Positions 49,412-61,400 of a DNA stretch of 64,000 bases are shown here, in pieces (position 1 is the first letter of the stretch; each line of letters begins with the position of its first letter). The position numbers and the translations under genes were made by a program. The stretch spans positions 1 through 64,000 of the forward strand of contig KZ538195.1 of assembly GCA_000934665.2 (NCBI GenBank). Direction: 5' to 3'. A model generated the notes under the pieces. It was not told where the DNA came from and made no database searches. It saw only the letters and a list, made by a program, of their open reading frames with translations. The stretch is from Catajapyx aquilonaris. Its lineage: Eukaryota.

Positions 49412-49583
49412 TACTATTAACAGCAAAAGTAATGTCGCACTGTTATGTGATGGTGTGCATGGGAGTTGCCGATTACGGATGTTAATTTGGCAATTTATTC
49501 CGGAATCCACTACCCATGCAAAACAATAAGTCACAGACCCCATCACATAACAGTGCGACGCATTACTTATGGAGTTAATAGTA
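49412..49583. mobile_element. Small MITE
   Basis: TACTATTAAC...GTCGCACTGTTATGTGATGG inverted at both ends. Confidence 0.7.
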
Positions 49584-50169
49584 CAAATATTAATGGGAGA
49601 TGGGAAGCATCAAGGTGTGCCTTTTTTGTCAATTAATGTATGTCTGTTGACTTCATCCTTCGGTGCTAGAGGGTGCAGACAGCTGGTACAGCTAGTACAT
49701 AAATGAATGGAAATAAGTGTGAAGAACATGTTTATTCAAATAAGGCGCTCAAAGATGCGTGTGGCAGAAACATTGCATTCATGACAGCATCAAAATATTG
49801 ATTGCCATATATTTTAAATGCCTCCTGACATTTCACGAACAGTTGCAGTGGCAACAACAATAAATTATTGCGACAAGGTCTTCCTCTCAGTCAATGGGAG
49901 TCTCATACACTAGGGTATTCATGTATCATTTGTCCCCATTTTAATATTTACAAATGCTGACTGGAAACAAAGGTCCAATCTGTGTTCATTTTGCCAATCT
50001 AGCGAAATGTAGCACTGCCAAGCAGTGCCCTCCAGCACCGAAGGATGACATCAGCTGACACCATTCTTTGAGAAAAGGTTTATTTTGGTGTTCCCTATAT
50101 CGTATTCCATTTAAAATTTGCACGCACTTTTTAATATCCTGTAGAATCCAGCTGCTACATGCCTTAGAG

Positions 50170-50372
50170 CAGCAGTTCTTAACCTGGGTGCCCGCACCCC
50201 CAGACGATGCGAGGTGGCTCCCCTGGGGGTGCGAGCAAGGTGCACCTCTGGACTTATTGTTAGTCTAACTATGAACTTAATCAATCACCCCTGGTATAGG
50301 GGGTGCGACAAGGACCAACTGTCTTCAAAGGGGTGCAGTCGTGCAGAGGCCCGAAAAGGTTAAGAACCTCTG
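50170..50372. mobile_element. hAT MITE
   Basis: GTTCTTAACCT / AGGTTAAGAAC termini; TSD CCTTAGAG / CCTTATAG. Confidence 0.78.
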
Positions 50373-51472
50373 CCTTATAGAGGGCGATAACACTGGACAG
50401 GTGACTATAGCAAAAACTACATTTAAAAATAAATCCAAATCAAGGTCAATCAAGAGGAAGCCATGGCACCAGTACTAATGTCCTCTAGGTCAGCAGTCAT
50501 TAAAAATATTTGTTTTTGCAGAATCCCTGCAATAAAACCTTGTGCCATTTTCAGTCATAATGTATATTGCATCTGGTACATTGTCATACTGAACAAATAA
50601 GTGACCCATTAATTACCAAAAATATCATCATTGAATCTTCAGACAGTACCATGGGACCCTATGAGTCCACTGCTTGAAGTTCTTAGGTGATGCACTAGGT
50701 AGGTCATTGGTTTTCAAACTGGGGGTATGCGTAAGTTTCCCATGCAATGGAATCCAGTCTCTACATTTGTGCCAATAGTAATCCAGATTCATAATAGAAA
50801 GCTTGAACCAGGGAGTCAAGGATGAATATGGAACATATGGAAATATTGATGGTCAGATTGGAGGTCGGAGTAATTAAATAAATATTCCATAACTCCTCAG
50901 GGAACCTTGCTCAATTGCAGCCTGAGTGTTGTTCGCAGCAGTAGTAGTGGAAGTGTCTGGATTCCTGGGTTACGGGGCTGCTAGGAAAGTATGGTAATTC
51001 TATCAGTTGTAATGAAAAGGGCTCTAGTGCCATGAAAAACAAAAATATGGTCCTACACACTCCCATCTTTCCTTTTGCTATTATTGATTTTAGTGAAGAT
51101 TTATCATAGGCAGAGGCATTTGATTGATGCAGTTTTCATTCAGCACATGCTTTGAGACTCAAGAAGCACCATGGGAGTGTTACGCATATATCAACGGTGC
51201 CCTTTTCGTAACAACTGATTCAATTCTACCATTGCACTTTGGGAAGTTGTGCAGGTTTTGAAAATAAACTCTGACTGCAGATGAGGCAGATCTACCTGAA
51301 TCAACCGGCACAATAGTCTAGAAATTATTTTCCTGAGATGGATATATCAATCAATTGTATCAGGAACCCATTTGAGAGTTCATTGCCACTTCCAAGCATG
51401 TCAGTGCAGGATTAGGAAAAGATCAAGATTTCTAAGTTTGAAATTTGAACTGGGGCTTTAAAAAATAAAATA

Positions 51473-51473
<1 letters not shown>

Positions 51474-51548
<75 letters not shown>
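51474..51548. repeat. (TAA)n microsatellite
   Basis: About 25 uninterrupted units. Confidence 0.95.
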
Positions 51549-51550
<2 letters not shown>

Positions 51551-54531
51551 CATTTTAAAAAACTTGTGAACTTTTGGGCTGAGATGATAGAAGATCATCT
51601 GGTCCTGGCAGACTGTGCTCTGAAGTTCTTAATAGCATTTACTACTACCAAGCTACTACCTATTTATGCGAAGATGGTTTTTCTGCATTACTGTCCATAA
51701 CCACAAAGTAGGCCTACAGTATATGGTTATCATCTCTTGAGAAAGACCTCAGGCTTAAATTGACACCACTTGTCCCCAAAATTAACCATGTGTGAAAGAT
51801 AAAAATCATACCCATCTATTACCAGGTAACAGGATTGGAGTGGGGGTAAAAACATTACTGTCTTGACATATTTAAAGGGGTATGGAAAAAAAAGTTTAGG
51901 AACCACTGCTGTAGGTTGTGGCTAAAGAGTCAACTCCTCAGTTCTTTGCCAGGATCGGCCTATTCCTGAGAGAGAGGGGAAAAAATCCTCATTTGCATAC
52001 AAGCATGCATGCAAGCATGATTTCGATAAGCAGTTTTTGCATGGCTTAAATTAGGGTCACAACATACAAAAATAATTTTAGCAATGAGTTTCAGCAGTTT
52101 GGCTGGTACCTGTTCATCAGAAACATTGAGAAGTTGCCCTCCAAGGTCTCAGGTACTAGGTCAGAACCCAAACCCTGCTAAAAGTCTGGAACATGTTACT
52201 GAAATTCATATAAATTTTAAGTTGCACATCTAATCCAAGCAGTGTAATACTGACTGGCTTTATGGACACATCAATGTCTTTCCCAGTAGGGTCATGTGAG
52301 CCAGAGTCCATTAGCATTTATGGTGATAGGTTATGTAATTATTATATTTTATTATTATGGATTTCCAAGCTGTTGATGTAATGTTTTATTACTTGTTTTA
52401 TTGCAATGAATGTGTGTAATTTTCATTTTATAATTGGATCAACTTGCTTCTTCATCACTCACTACCCCTCCCAGAGAAAATGTCGTGAAGAGGTGTATGT
52501 GCAAATGATAATACTACATGTAGTAAATTAAAAGAAAGCTTGCATCCAGGATCAGAGGATTCATGCTACACACGACACAGGTGTACCTTGCATTTGTTTT
52601 ATTGTAAATGCTGCATTTTCCCCTCAATGATGTACCGTTATATATTATTAAAAAGACTACTTGAAGATGCAGAAAAATCAAATCAAATATGTGGTATTAC
52701 AGGTTGAGAATCCTTTATTCAAAATGCTTGGGACTTGAAGTGTTTCAAATAAAAACTGTTGGAAAATTTATACGGTATATTTGCCTCTATAAAATGGGAC
52801 AGCATTTGGGAAAGGATAAATGCCTGACCACAATAGGTTACACATTAACCGTGCAGGTAATTTGATATAAGTTTTAAGCGTATATTTATACAGAAACAGG
52901 TAATAATATATGCTATACTCACATCAGTCACATGGAATTTCCCATTTGTGGAGTGTGTGTCATGTCAACACTAAAAAACCTTGCAGATTTTGGAATTCTG
53001 GATTTATAAAAGATTCTCAACCTGTAATCATGTTCATAAATTTCAACTTGGGTGAAATGGGTTTGGGACCACTGGATGACAAACAAAGGCTTGATACAGG
53101 CTACAGTCGCCAAGATCCATGTTATTCAGATTTCTTCTCCAGTACAAAAATCGAGTTCTTTGCATTGAAACCAGAACCACATTTAATGTGCAGTTTACCA
53201 CAAGAGCCCCGAATTTTACCACTTTGTTTTATATAATACATACCTCCTCTTACACACCTAACCTGGGAATTAGTATTAATTATCTAAACTATTTCCTCAA
53301 ATGAAAGCACAATACGTATCAATAGGTGCTAATATATTATTTTTTCATCATCACCAATTTTGTGTCCCAAAATCTGCTCTGCAATGAAGCTTTGTAACAG
53401 TATGAATATCAATAGTGCAGACTTTACCAAAAACCCAGCAAGGCACTAACTACAATATTATAATTTTTTTTTCTCTACTACTGCTTCACGAGACTTGTGG
53501 AAAGTGCAGTCACATATCGAACACTTCAAGGAGGTAATTCACTTGCCTAGAAACAAAGACATTCTCCCATCTGCTCTTCTTTACAATATACATGGTGCAA
53601 GAATTGCTCCAGAAAACAAAAATTGGCAACTTTACATTATATGACCCTCTTTTTTTGTATTGATTGTTACAGGCTGTTGAAAAGTTCCCTGCCACACACA
53701 AACACTGATTATCGACAGACACTTTATACAACACGTTCCCTCAAAATGGCACTTTATACAAAGCTCTAGAAACGTGACTTGGCTGCTCATGTATGGGCTT
53801 TGCTACCAAACGTCAAGTAATTTTCAAGACGCACAAGATTCTCACAGCTGTGTTCATTTGAAATAAGAAGTGGGAGGAGAGGGAAAAACATCATCAGCAC
53901 ACTCACAACTTTGCAATGTACCTCCACTCCATGAAAAATTCCATATTTCAAACAAAGGAAAAAAAGAGACCCACACATTCCCAGGCCCAACCACTCCCCA
54001 AATCAACAAAAATAAAAGAACATGATGGAAATATTTATGGCACTTTTATACATTTGACTACAAAGCAAATGCACCAAAACCAGTCTACTGACAATGTGCA
54101 TTTTTTCAAAAGATCTCTCTATTGTATAATCATACTGTATTTTATTAAACAAATTATGATCAAAAAACCCATCACATTGCCAATCACAGAAACAATGTTG
54201 CAGTAACTTAAACGGACAGCATTTTATGAAGAGGGTAGAAAATATATAACACACTGGGAAAAAAATAAAAAATGAAAGATGCCTGACCACAAAATAGGTG
54301 GGATTTCTATTGCAATTTTCTTCCAAGACTAAAGCACACTGAAGTATTATCGAAATTATTAGAGAATGGCATTTTGCAATTTCCAAAATTTTCAAAAGGC
54401 TGTCAGTTGAGGACATTTAAGGTAACTCTTCCCTCAAAATTTTATTCCCTAACTAGCATAAGACAATAAGGGAATTATGTCATTCTGGCAGGGATTGCAA
54501 ATAATCAACAAAAATATGATCCAGTATTTAA

Positions 54532-55048
54532 CCCTTTGAGGGCGACGTGCCTCATATGAGGTCCTTCGTGTTTTTGAACTGGGCGCGCTCAAGTTTAGAA
54601 AGAAATGGCGCAGTTTGAGGCTCAAACTTCTCCTATCACCTCGTGGAAGGGAGCTCAACTAACATGGCGTATGCTAATCAGTTTTTCCGTCTCCCAGCTC
54701 GAGCTACAAATACCCCCATCCGCGGCATCAGAACAGGGTGTCCCGTAAGTCTGGACTCTTAGGAATTTCTCATAGTAATGTTTTAGTATTATTTTGTAAC
54801 CATAGTAACAATTTTACGGTGACTTTAAAACTTTAAATAAATTTAATAGCATTTAAAGTTAATTGCATTTTAATTTTTTTTCTGGAACAACACATAGATG
54901 AATTTTTTTCCGCTTTTTACATTCAAAAGGACCACCACAAGTTAAAATGAAAATATTGGCGCATATTGTTTTTCATTAATATCACTCCTACTACAAATTT
55001 TCATCGAGAAAAGAAAAAACCAGTCAAAAAAACTCTGCCGTCAAAGGG
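54532..55048. mobile_element. piggyBac-type non-autonomous element
   Basis: TTAA|CCCTTTGA ... TCAAAGGG|TTAA. Confidence 0.78.
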
Positions 55049-55505
55049 TTAAAATATAGTGGATTTTGTGTTGTTTGGCTTGATATTTTGATTAAGAAGA
55101 ACTGGAGTACAAATCAGACATCTATAATATTAAAACCCTATTAATTAATTAAAATTGCTGATGTGAATGTTTATGATTACTAAGCACTTCTTGCAAGAGT
55201 ATTTAGAAGTGCTTCATGGACTGACTCGGGGGGGAACAGATTAATTTATGCCAATGGTCATATTCAAAAGCATCCAAATCTTGGTTAACATCGGTAATTA
55301 GGAATTATATTAAGTATTTCTATAGATTTTAATATTATGTAGTCTGTCAGGTGCCACACACAGTATGTGGTCTTATAAAAAATAAGGTTGAGAGATGGTA
55401 GGGTGGAGCAGTATTTCTTTATGTCCCCAATTCTGTTATGTCTATTACTTGATTTTAGAAATTGCATCGACTCCCTCTCACAAATTTCTGTCATACACAA
55501 GTCAG

Positions 55506-55801
55506 CCCACACTAGGCAGAATTGACGTCGTTCCGCTGAATGCAGGCGGAATTTCTACTGGAGAAATTCTGTCACATTGTTTTGCTGGCAGGAGGGACCT
55601 CAATGTAATTGTGACCAGCCATACTGAGTTAATTTATTGTGCTTGTACACAGCCCCCTCCCAGGTTTATGCTGATGATGTGCCTGAACACTTTTGAGACT
55701 ATGAAAAATAGCAATTTGGTAAACACAGAACTTGTACCAAATTTGTCAGAATGAAAAAATGTGACAAATTTCCTTCGGCGGGAACTCAGCCTAGTGAGGG
55801 C
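55506..55801. mobile_element. Degenerate MITE
   Basis: GCCCACACTAGGC / GCCTAGTGAGGGC termini with weaker internal pairing. Confidence 0.55.
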
Positions 55802-56388
55802 AGGTGATTATTTACACAAATATTTGCACTTCACTATGTCACACATCACTCGCACATGTACTTAGTCACCCAACTGTCATAATTTACAAGTACCTCACAC
55901 AGTATTGACTTCTTTTTTTCTTTCCTCTCACTTCATTACTATTGTGATGGAATTTTGGGTTTTCAGTCTATGTACAAGAGCCCTATACTCTTTTCTACGT
56001 ATAATGTTTAATTGTGAGTGTATCTGTGCAATAAAAAAATGAATAACTCAGTAGAAAAGTCAATAAAATTAAAGAGCACCCATATAACGTGATTTTAAAA
56101 ATATATATGGGGGAGGAACAGGAAGGAACAACATCTGGAATAGCAATCAAAATTGAGCTCTTTCTTTGACATGTACATCAGTAGTTAAGATTTAACCATT
56201 TGTTTGACATCTCAGCCAGAATCCCTGCAAGAACTTAGCAGTACAGGGCAGTCATATTCCAGAAAACAAACTGCAGACAACCTCAAGAGTCATAATAGCT
56301 TCAAATGCTTAACCAAATTGTGACTCATACACAGTGTAGTTTACATTTCATTAAAGTTTGATTTCCTTATGGGCTTCTTCTCCATCTA

Positions 56389-56723
56389 CAGTAGACCCCC
56401 CCCCNCCCCCCCCTCCCCGATTATCCGCCCTCTGAATATCTGTCCCCACTGCATATCCAACCCTCCCTGTGGCTAAAGAAGCGGAGACTTAGCAGCCAAG
56501 TCTTGAAACAGAAAAATATAGCAGACATTTCACCAGCAATAAATCTATGTTCTCTCATCAAAGTACAGTCGACTGCATGTGTAAAAGATAAACAATTCAC
56601 TATTTCTTAGAAAACCATAAGGGAGTATTTCACGTTTTTTGTTCTTACATTAACTTCTTTTTGATCCTCTTATTATCCAACCTTTTGTAGTCCCGTGGGT
56701 GATGGATAATCGAAGGTGTACTG
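56389..56723. mobile_element. Tc1/mariner (pogo/Tigger-like) MITE
   Basis: TA|CAGTAGAC...CGATTATCC and GGATAATCGAAGGTGTACTG|TA; contains an N in poly-C. Confidence 0.7.
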
Positions 56724-58472
56724 TATTTAATTTTGGTGGGGAGGTGAAAATGTGAAATTTTCATCAAATATGAAAATTTTCATTTCTAATGCATCTTGAA
56801 ACTTCTAATCATGCTTCCTATGCAACATCTTTCCTTTACTTGACTTCCTGAGTTTCCATATGGAGGCAGAAAGAATCTTGCTACATGAGACCCCAGAACA
56901 TTATATTGTTATAAACTTTCACTGGAATATCAATTTTATGCTCTGAAAAGTGAGCAAGAATGTTATGCCCAACAATCCCTGCAAGTCAGCCCATTGCTTA
57001 CAGAGGTTTCCTCTCTCTATTTTTTTCTAAATAACAATTTGTAATATGTCTGGAGATGCCATGTTTGATTCCCCAAGCTTTTCCTGTCACCATTTGGAAA
57101 AAACTAAGGCAGACAGAGAAAATATTATCATAGTTTATCATTAAGGCCTGTCGTATGAAAGCAAATCTAGGGAACTCTGATTATGTATGAGCATTCACAA
57201 TACACAATCCAGCATGAGAATTTTTTTCCCTAATTTGGATTTCTTTTTAATTCATACAACTGGCCCTAACTGGAATATACTGGAATATCTGGAAGAAATC
57301 CTTCTATTTCTCTATATGTTGGAAAGTATCACAAATAATATTAACCAAATAGAGGGGCAGCCACTAACAAAATCCAACATTTTCAAAAGATTAACTTTTG
57401 AACCCTAAATGAGGTCACCATAATCTTCAGAATAGGGAAAATCTCTGTATTGCTACGTGTGTAAGAAGCCGAAAGTATATTTTTCACGTTAATGGACATG
57501 GAAATCTCGGCAGATAAGCTCCTCACAATTGTTGGGTTTATGTTGTATCAGAATTATCCCACAAAAATAGACTGTGATGTATGCAAACCAGGTGCAAGAC
57601 TGTATGAGTGCACCTTTGGCAAAGACATAACACCCATTAAGCTTCAGCCTTGCAAAGTACACCATTGCTGATGCTTTCACTGGAAATTTAATCAAATCAA
57701 ATGCACATATTTCAATTGCTTCCCAGGATTCTTTTCGTGCACATCTAGTGCTCTTAATGAGTAAAGTATTTAACCAACTACAAATTGAGTCTGGTAGTGC
57801 TCAGTGGTAAAGATGGTGCTATCCCAGGAAAGCCAAAGCTCTGCATATTTCTGTATATTTAACACGTAATGTGCAAGAAATGCAAGGTTTCTAGTTACCA
57901 CCTGAATTACAGAGATGATATCATTTTACACAAACAGGTCTCTCGTCTGGAGGAGGTATGGTCTGATGCTTCAAACTTTGCCTGTCCCAGAACAGCACAC
58001 CCTCTACCACTAATGGCAATTCTGTTCCATCATACCACAACTGTCTGGATTAAAGCAGCTCAAACCTGACTAATAAAAGTCATAACTCAGCACCTTTTTG
58101 CCAATTTTGTAGTTAATCTGTCTCAATGAAGGAAAAATGTATATCGCGAAATAATAATGCTTTTAAGAATAACAGCAGTAGTGGTCCTAATAACTGCATG
58201 AACCAAAAATGCAAGGTGATTATCTCACTCACGAACACAAAATTCAAAAAATTGAGTAGAAAATTAATTGGCCACAGGATTATCTTCACTTTTTAGTGGC
58301 ATACACAACCACTCAACATAAATAGTATTTTTTTAAATGAAAACAACTGCACTGTAAAGCCCAGGAGGCTAACAAAATGTGATAAGTGGTCAAATAGGGA
58401 AATATTCAACCACACAAAACACGACAGTTCACCATACTGATGCACCCTCCCAGTACTCTTCTTCAATCAAGT

Positions 58473-61400
58473 TCAGTTCACCATGAGGGTGTGTGACTCC
58501 ATTGGAGCAGCAGAATCATATAAAGTGTCTGTGTCCTGAGTAGGCTCTCCCTGAAGTTGACATGGATTAGCCAGAGTCCCAGCACCACAGTCACAAAAGA
58601 ACCTTTCAGGTGAGCAAGAAATCACAAGTTTAAAAGTCGCCCTTGAAAATATACAATCAGTTGTGCATTTCTTACCTGTCATGACGAATGAATTCAACAT
58701 CATGTCCTGAGTGGCAGGTCTTAATGCAGTTAACACAAATGGCATTGCGGTCAGTTGTGTTGCATGTGCGGCACCGGTAAAAGTCATGCATGGGGAAAGA
58801 CGTGTAGCTAGAGATCTTATACAGGCACTGCCCACTTGCCACTGCCTTCTCCACTGCATCTTGGTTATTAAAGATCTTGTTCCCTGCAAGGAATGGTCAG
58901 TTCTTTTCTTACTCTACAATATCAATTTGATATCCCTACAGCCCTTAACAATTTCTCAATTGGCATTAAACTGAGAAGAAAACAGCTTTCCAGGAGTCTA
59001 CCCAGCTCTTTAACATTACTAAGACATGTGTTCCATATGATTGAACCAAGTTAATAGCTTTTTCCAGCTAAACTCTGCCAGAAGATAATGTGTATCCTGT
59101 GGCTTTTTCACTTTCCTATCAGTAGAAAAATAAATTTAAGTGTACACCTAAAAACTGTGGTACAGTGTTGGACATTAACCTGTCGAGGGAGACGACCATC
59201 ATATGATGGCCGATCATGAAGTGCCCCAGGGCCTACGACCATTATATGATGGTTTGCTACTTGAACGCTCATTTGTTCACATAAAAAAGGCGCCAATGAC
59301 GTTTAAGCTGCTCTTGCCATGCCATCTCGTGGTTGGTAGTTCAACTATCACGCACTGCTTGATTCATTCTCAAGTAATTCGTATTTGTAACATCGACATA
59401 CAGGTGATTTTCGTGCTAGGAGAACTTCATTGGTGTTGGGCAAGTACAGTATTACAGTATTAATTCCACTATACACAGCGGCTTCCTTACTGAGGTACCT
59501 ACAAATGCCATCTTTTTATGCATTATACAGGATCTACACCTAACAAATTTTTTTTGTAAATTCTATCTTGCTGCAGCTATCATAAAATTGTTTCACAGTA
59601 CACAAGTATCCACTATATGCAGGGTCTGCTATAGGTAGGTTTCACTGCATAACAACAGGATGTGTGCAAGTCACACTTCCACAAATAAGTTAATGTGATA
59701 AAATAATTGCATTTACAATCAATTGTTTAGAATTAACACACTTAATCAATAATTGCTATGAGGAACTAGTGTGGAACAACAGCTTTTAATTAGTGCCTAA
59801 TTGTGTTGGGGGATGTACCAATGATAAATAAATAAAATTAAATAAAATACACCAATGTCTAGTGCAACTATTGACAGCACCACTTCTGTCTTTGTGAGGG
59901 ATTAAGCAAAAAGGAACTGGGGGGAAAGGGTGGGTGAGAATGTGGGTAGAAGTGACTAGTAGTAGCTTCTCTATAGCATTCAGAACTTCATCACTAATCA
60001 TAACACAGTAAGTGAACTACAGTGTAAGGGAGAAACTGTCCATCCACCCTGCATAGATCAAATGTTTTACATGCTCAGGTTGGTTCCCTAGAGAATAAAG
60101 AAGACATACCTCTGCAAATAGGCTGCACCCCGCTGGCCAGACATAGGCCACCAAAACGATTGTTGAAGATTTGGTTGTATTCCAGTGTGGCGGTAGCATT
60201 ATTAGTTATCTCAACCCCAGCTGCCAGTCCATCAAATATTCGGTTACGCCGAAGGACAGGGTGGCTCTGAGTTGAGATGAGAACACCTGCCTGTGCATTT
60301 CGGAATATGTCATTTTCTTCTAGAACACCTTTCCCTCCATTGAAAATGCAAATTCCACCATCACGTCCATCAAATATCTTATTGCGACGCAGGATTGGAT
60401 TGCTGTCTGTTTTTATCCACACTCCAGCCATTGCATTGTCAAAAATCTCATTGTTCTCCAGAAGACCTAATCCACCATTGTAAACCAGGACACCACCATT
60501 CTGCCCTCCCCAGATCTTGTTCCCCCGAATTACTGGATTTGATCCTGTGCGAATCTGAACTCCAGAGTAGAGGTGATTGAAGATATCATTGTCTTCCAAA
60601 CGACCATGACCATTGTCATAGAAGTACACTCCAACCTGTTTTCCACTGTGAATACGATTACGTCGGAGGACAGGTGTTGACCCAGTGGTAATCCAAACTC
60701 CTGCCAATGTATTGGCATAGACCTCATTTTCTTCAATCAATCCCTGACCCTTCTCATGGACGTAGATTCCACCATGCTGACCATGATGAATCTTGTTATG
60801 GCGCACGATAGGGTCTGAATTGGTGCGTATCTGGATACCAGCCAGGGCATTTCCTGTATTTACAAAAGAATACATTTATGTAGGCAAAACTCCATTACAC
60901 TTAACTTCCGTATGACATCATTATAACAATAGATACACGTTGATAATAGCTTATCTGAAACTCTGACAACCAAAAACCTGTTCAAAACAGATTTTTCATG
61001 GAGGTCATTTGGCAATGAAGCTTACTTTTGGTGCCAGCATACTGTATGCTGACACAACCCACACAATGATAAAATTGCCATATCCTTTGTCCAGAATCCC
61101 CAATACACGGGAAATGTGGTTGTACTGTACAGCATCTAGTATATGGACATGCATTCAGTGTGTGTGTGTGTCAGGGGGAGACAAGTGGTTGTCTATAAAG
61201 TACACATCACTCTAACATCGGGTTCTTTGATCATTCATCCACCTCAATGTTCTAATGGTGTCATTCCTCCTCTTCCCTAACAGCATGACATAATTTAACA
61301 TTGCAATTTCTGTTGAAAAAATACACAGAAAATACACCTTCTGCCCATGGGCAAGCCTGGCTACTAGGCTACGCCAGAGCAGGTGCTAACCAAATGGACT

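Noticed and set aside
54003..54416. 137-aa hydrophobic ORF and similar ORFs in 52-58 kb
   Set aside because: AT-rich low-complexity composition, no recognisable domain or convincing splice structure; probably UTR or intergenic.
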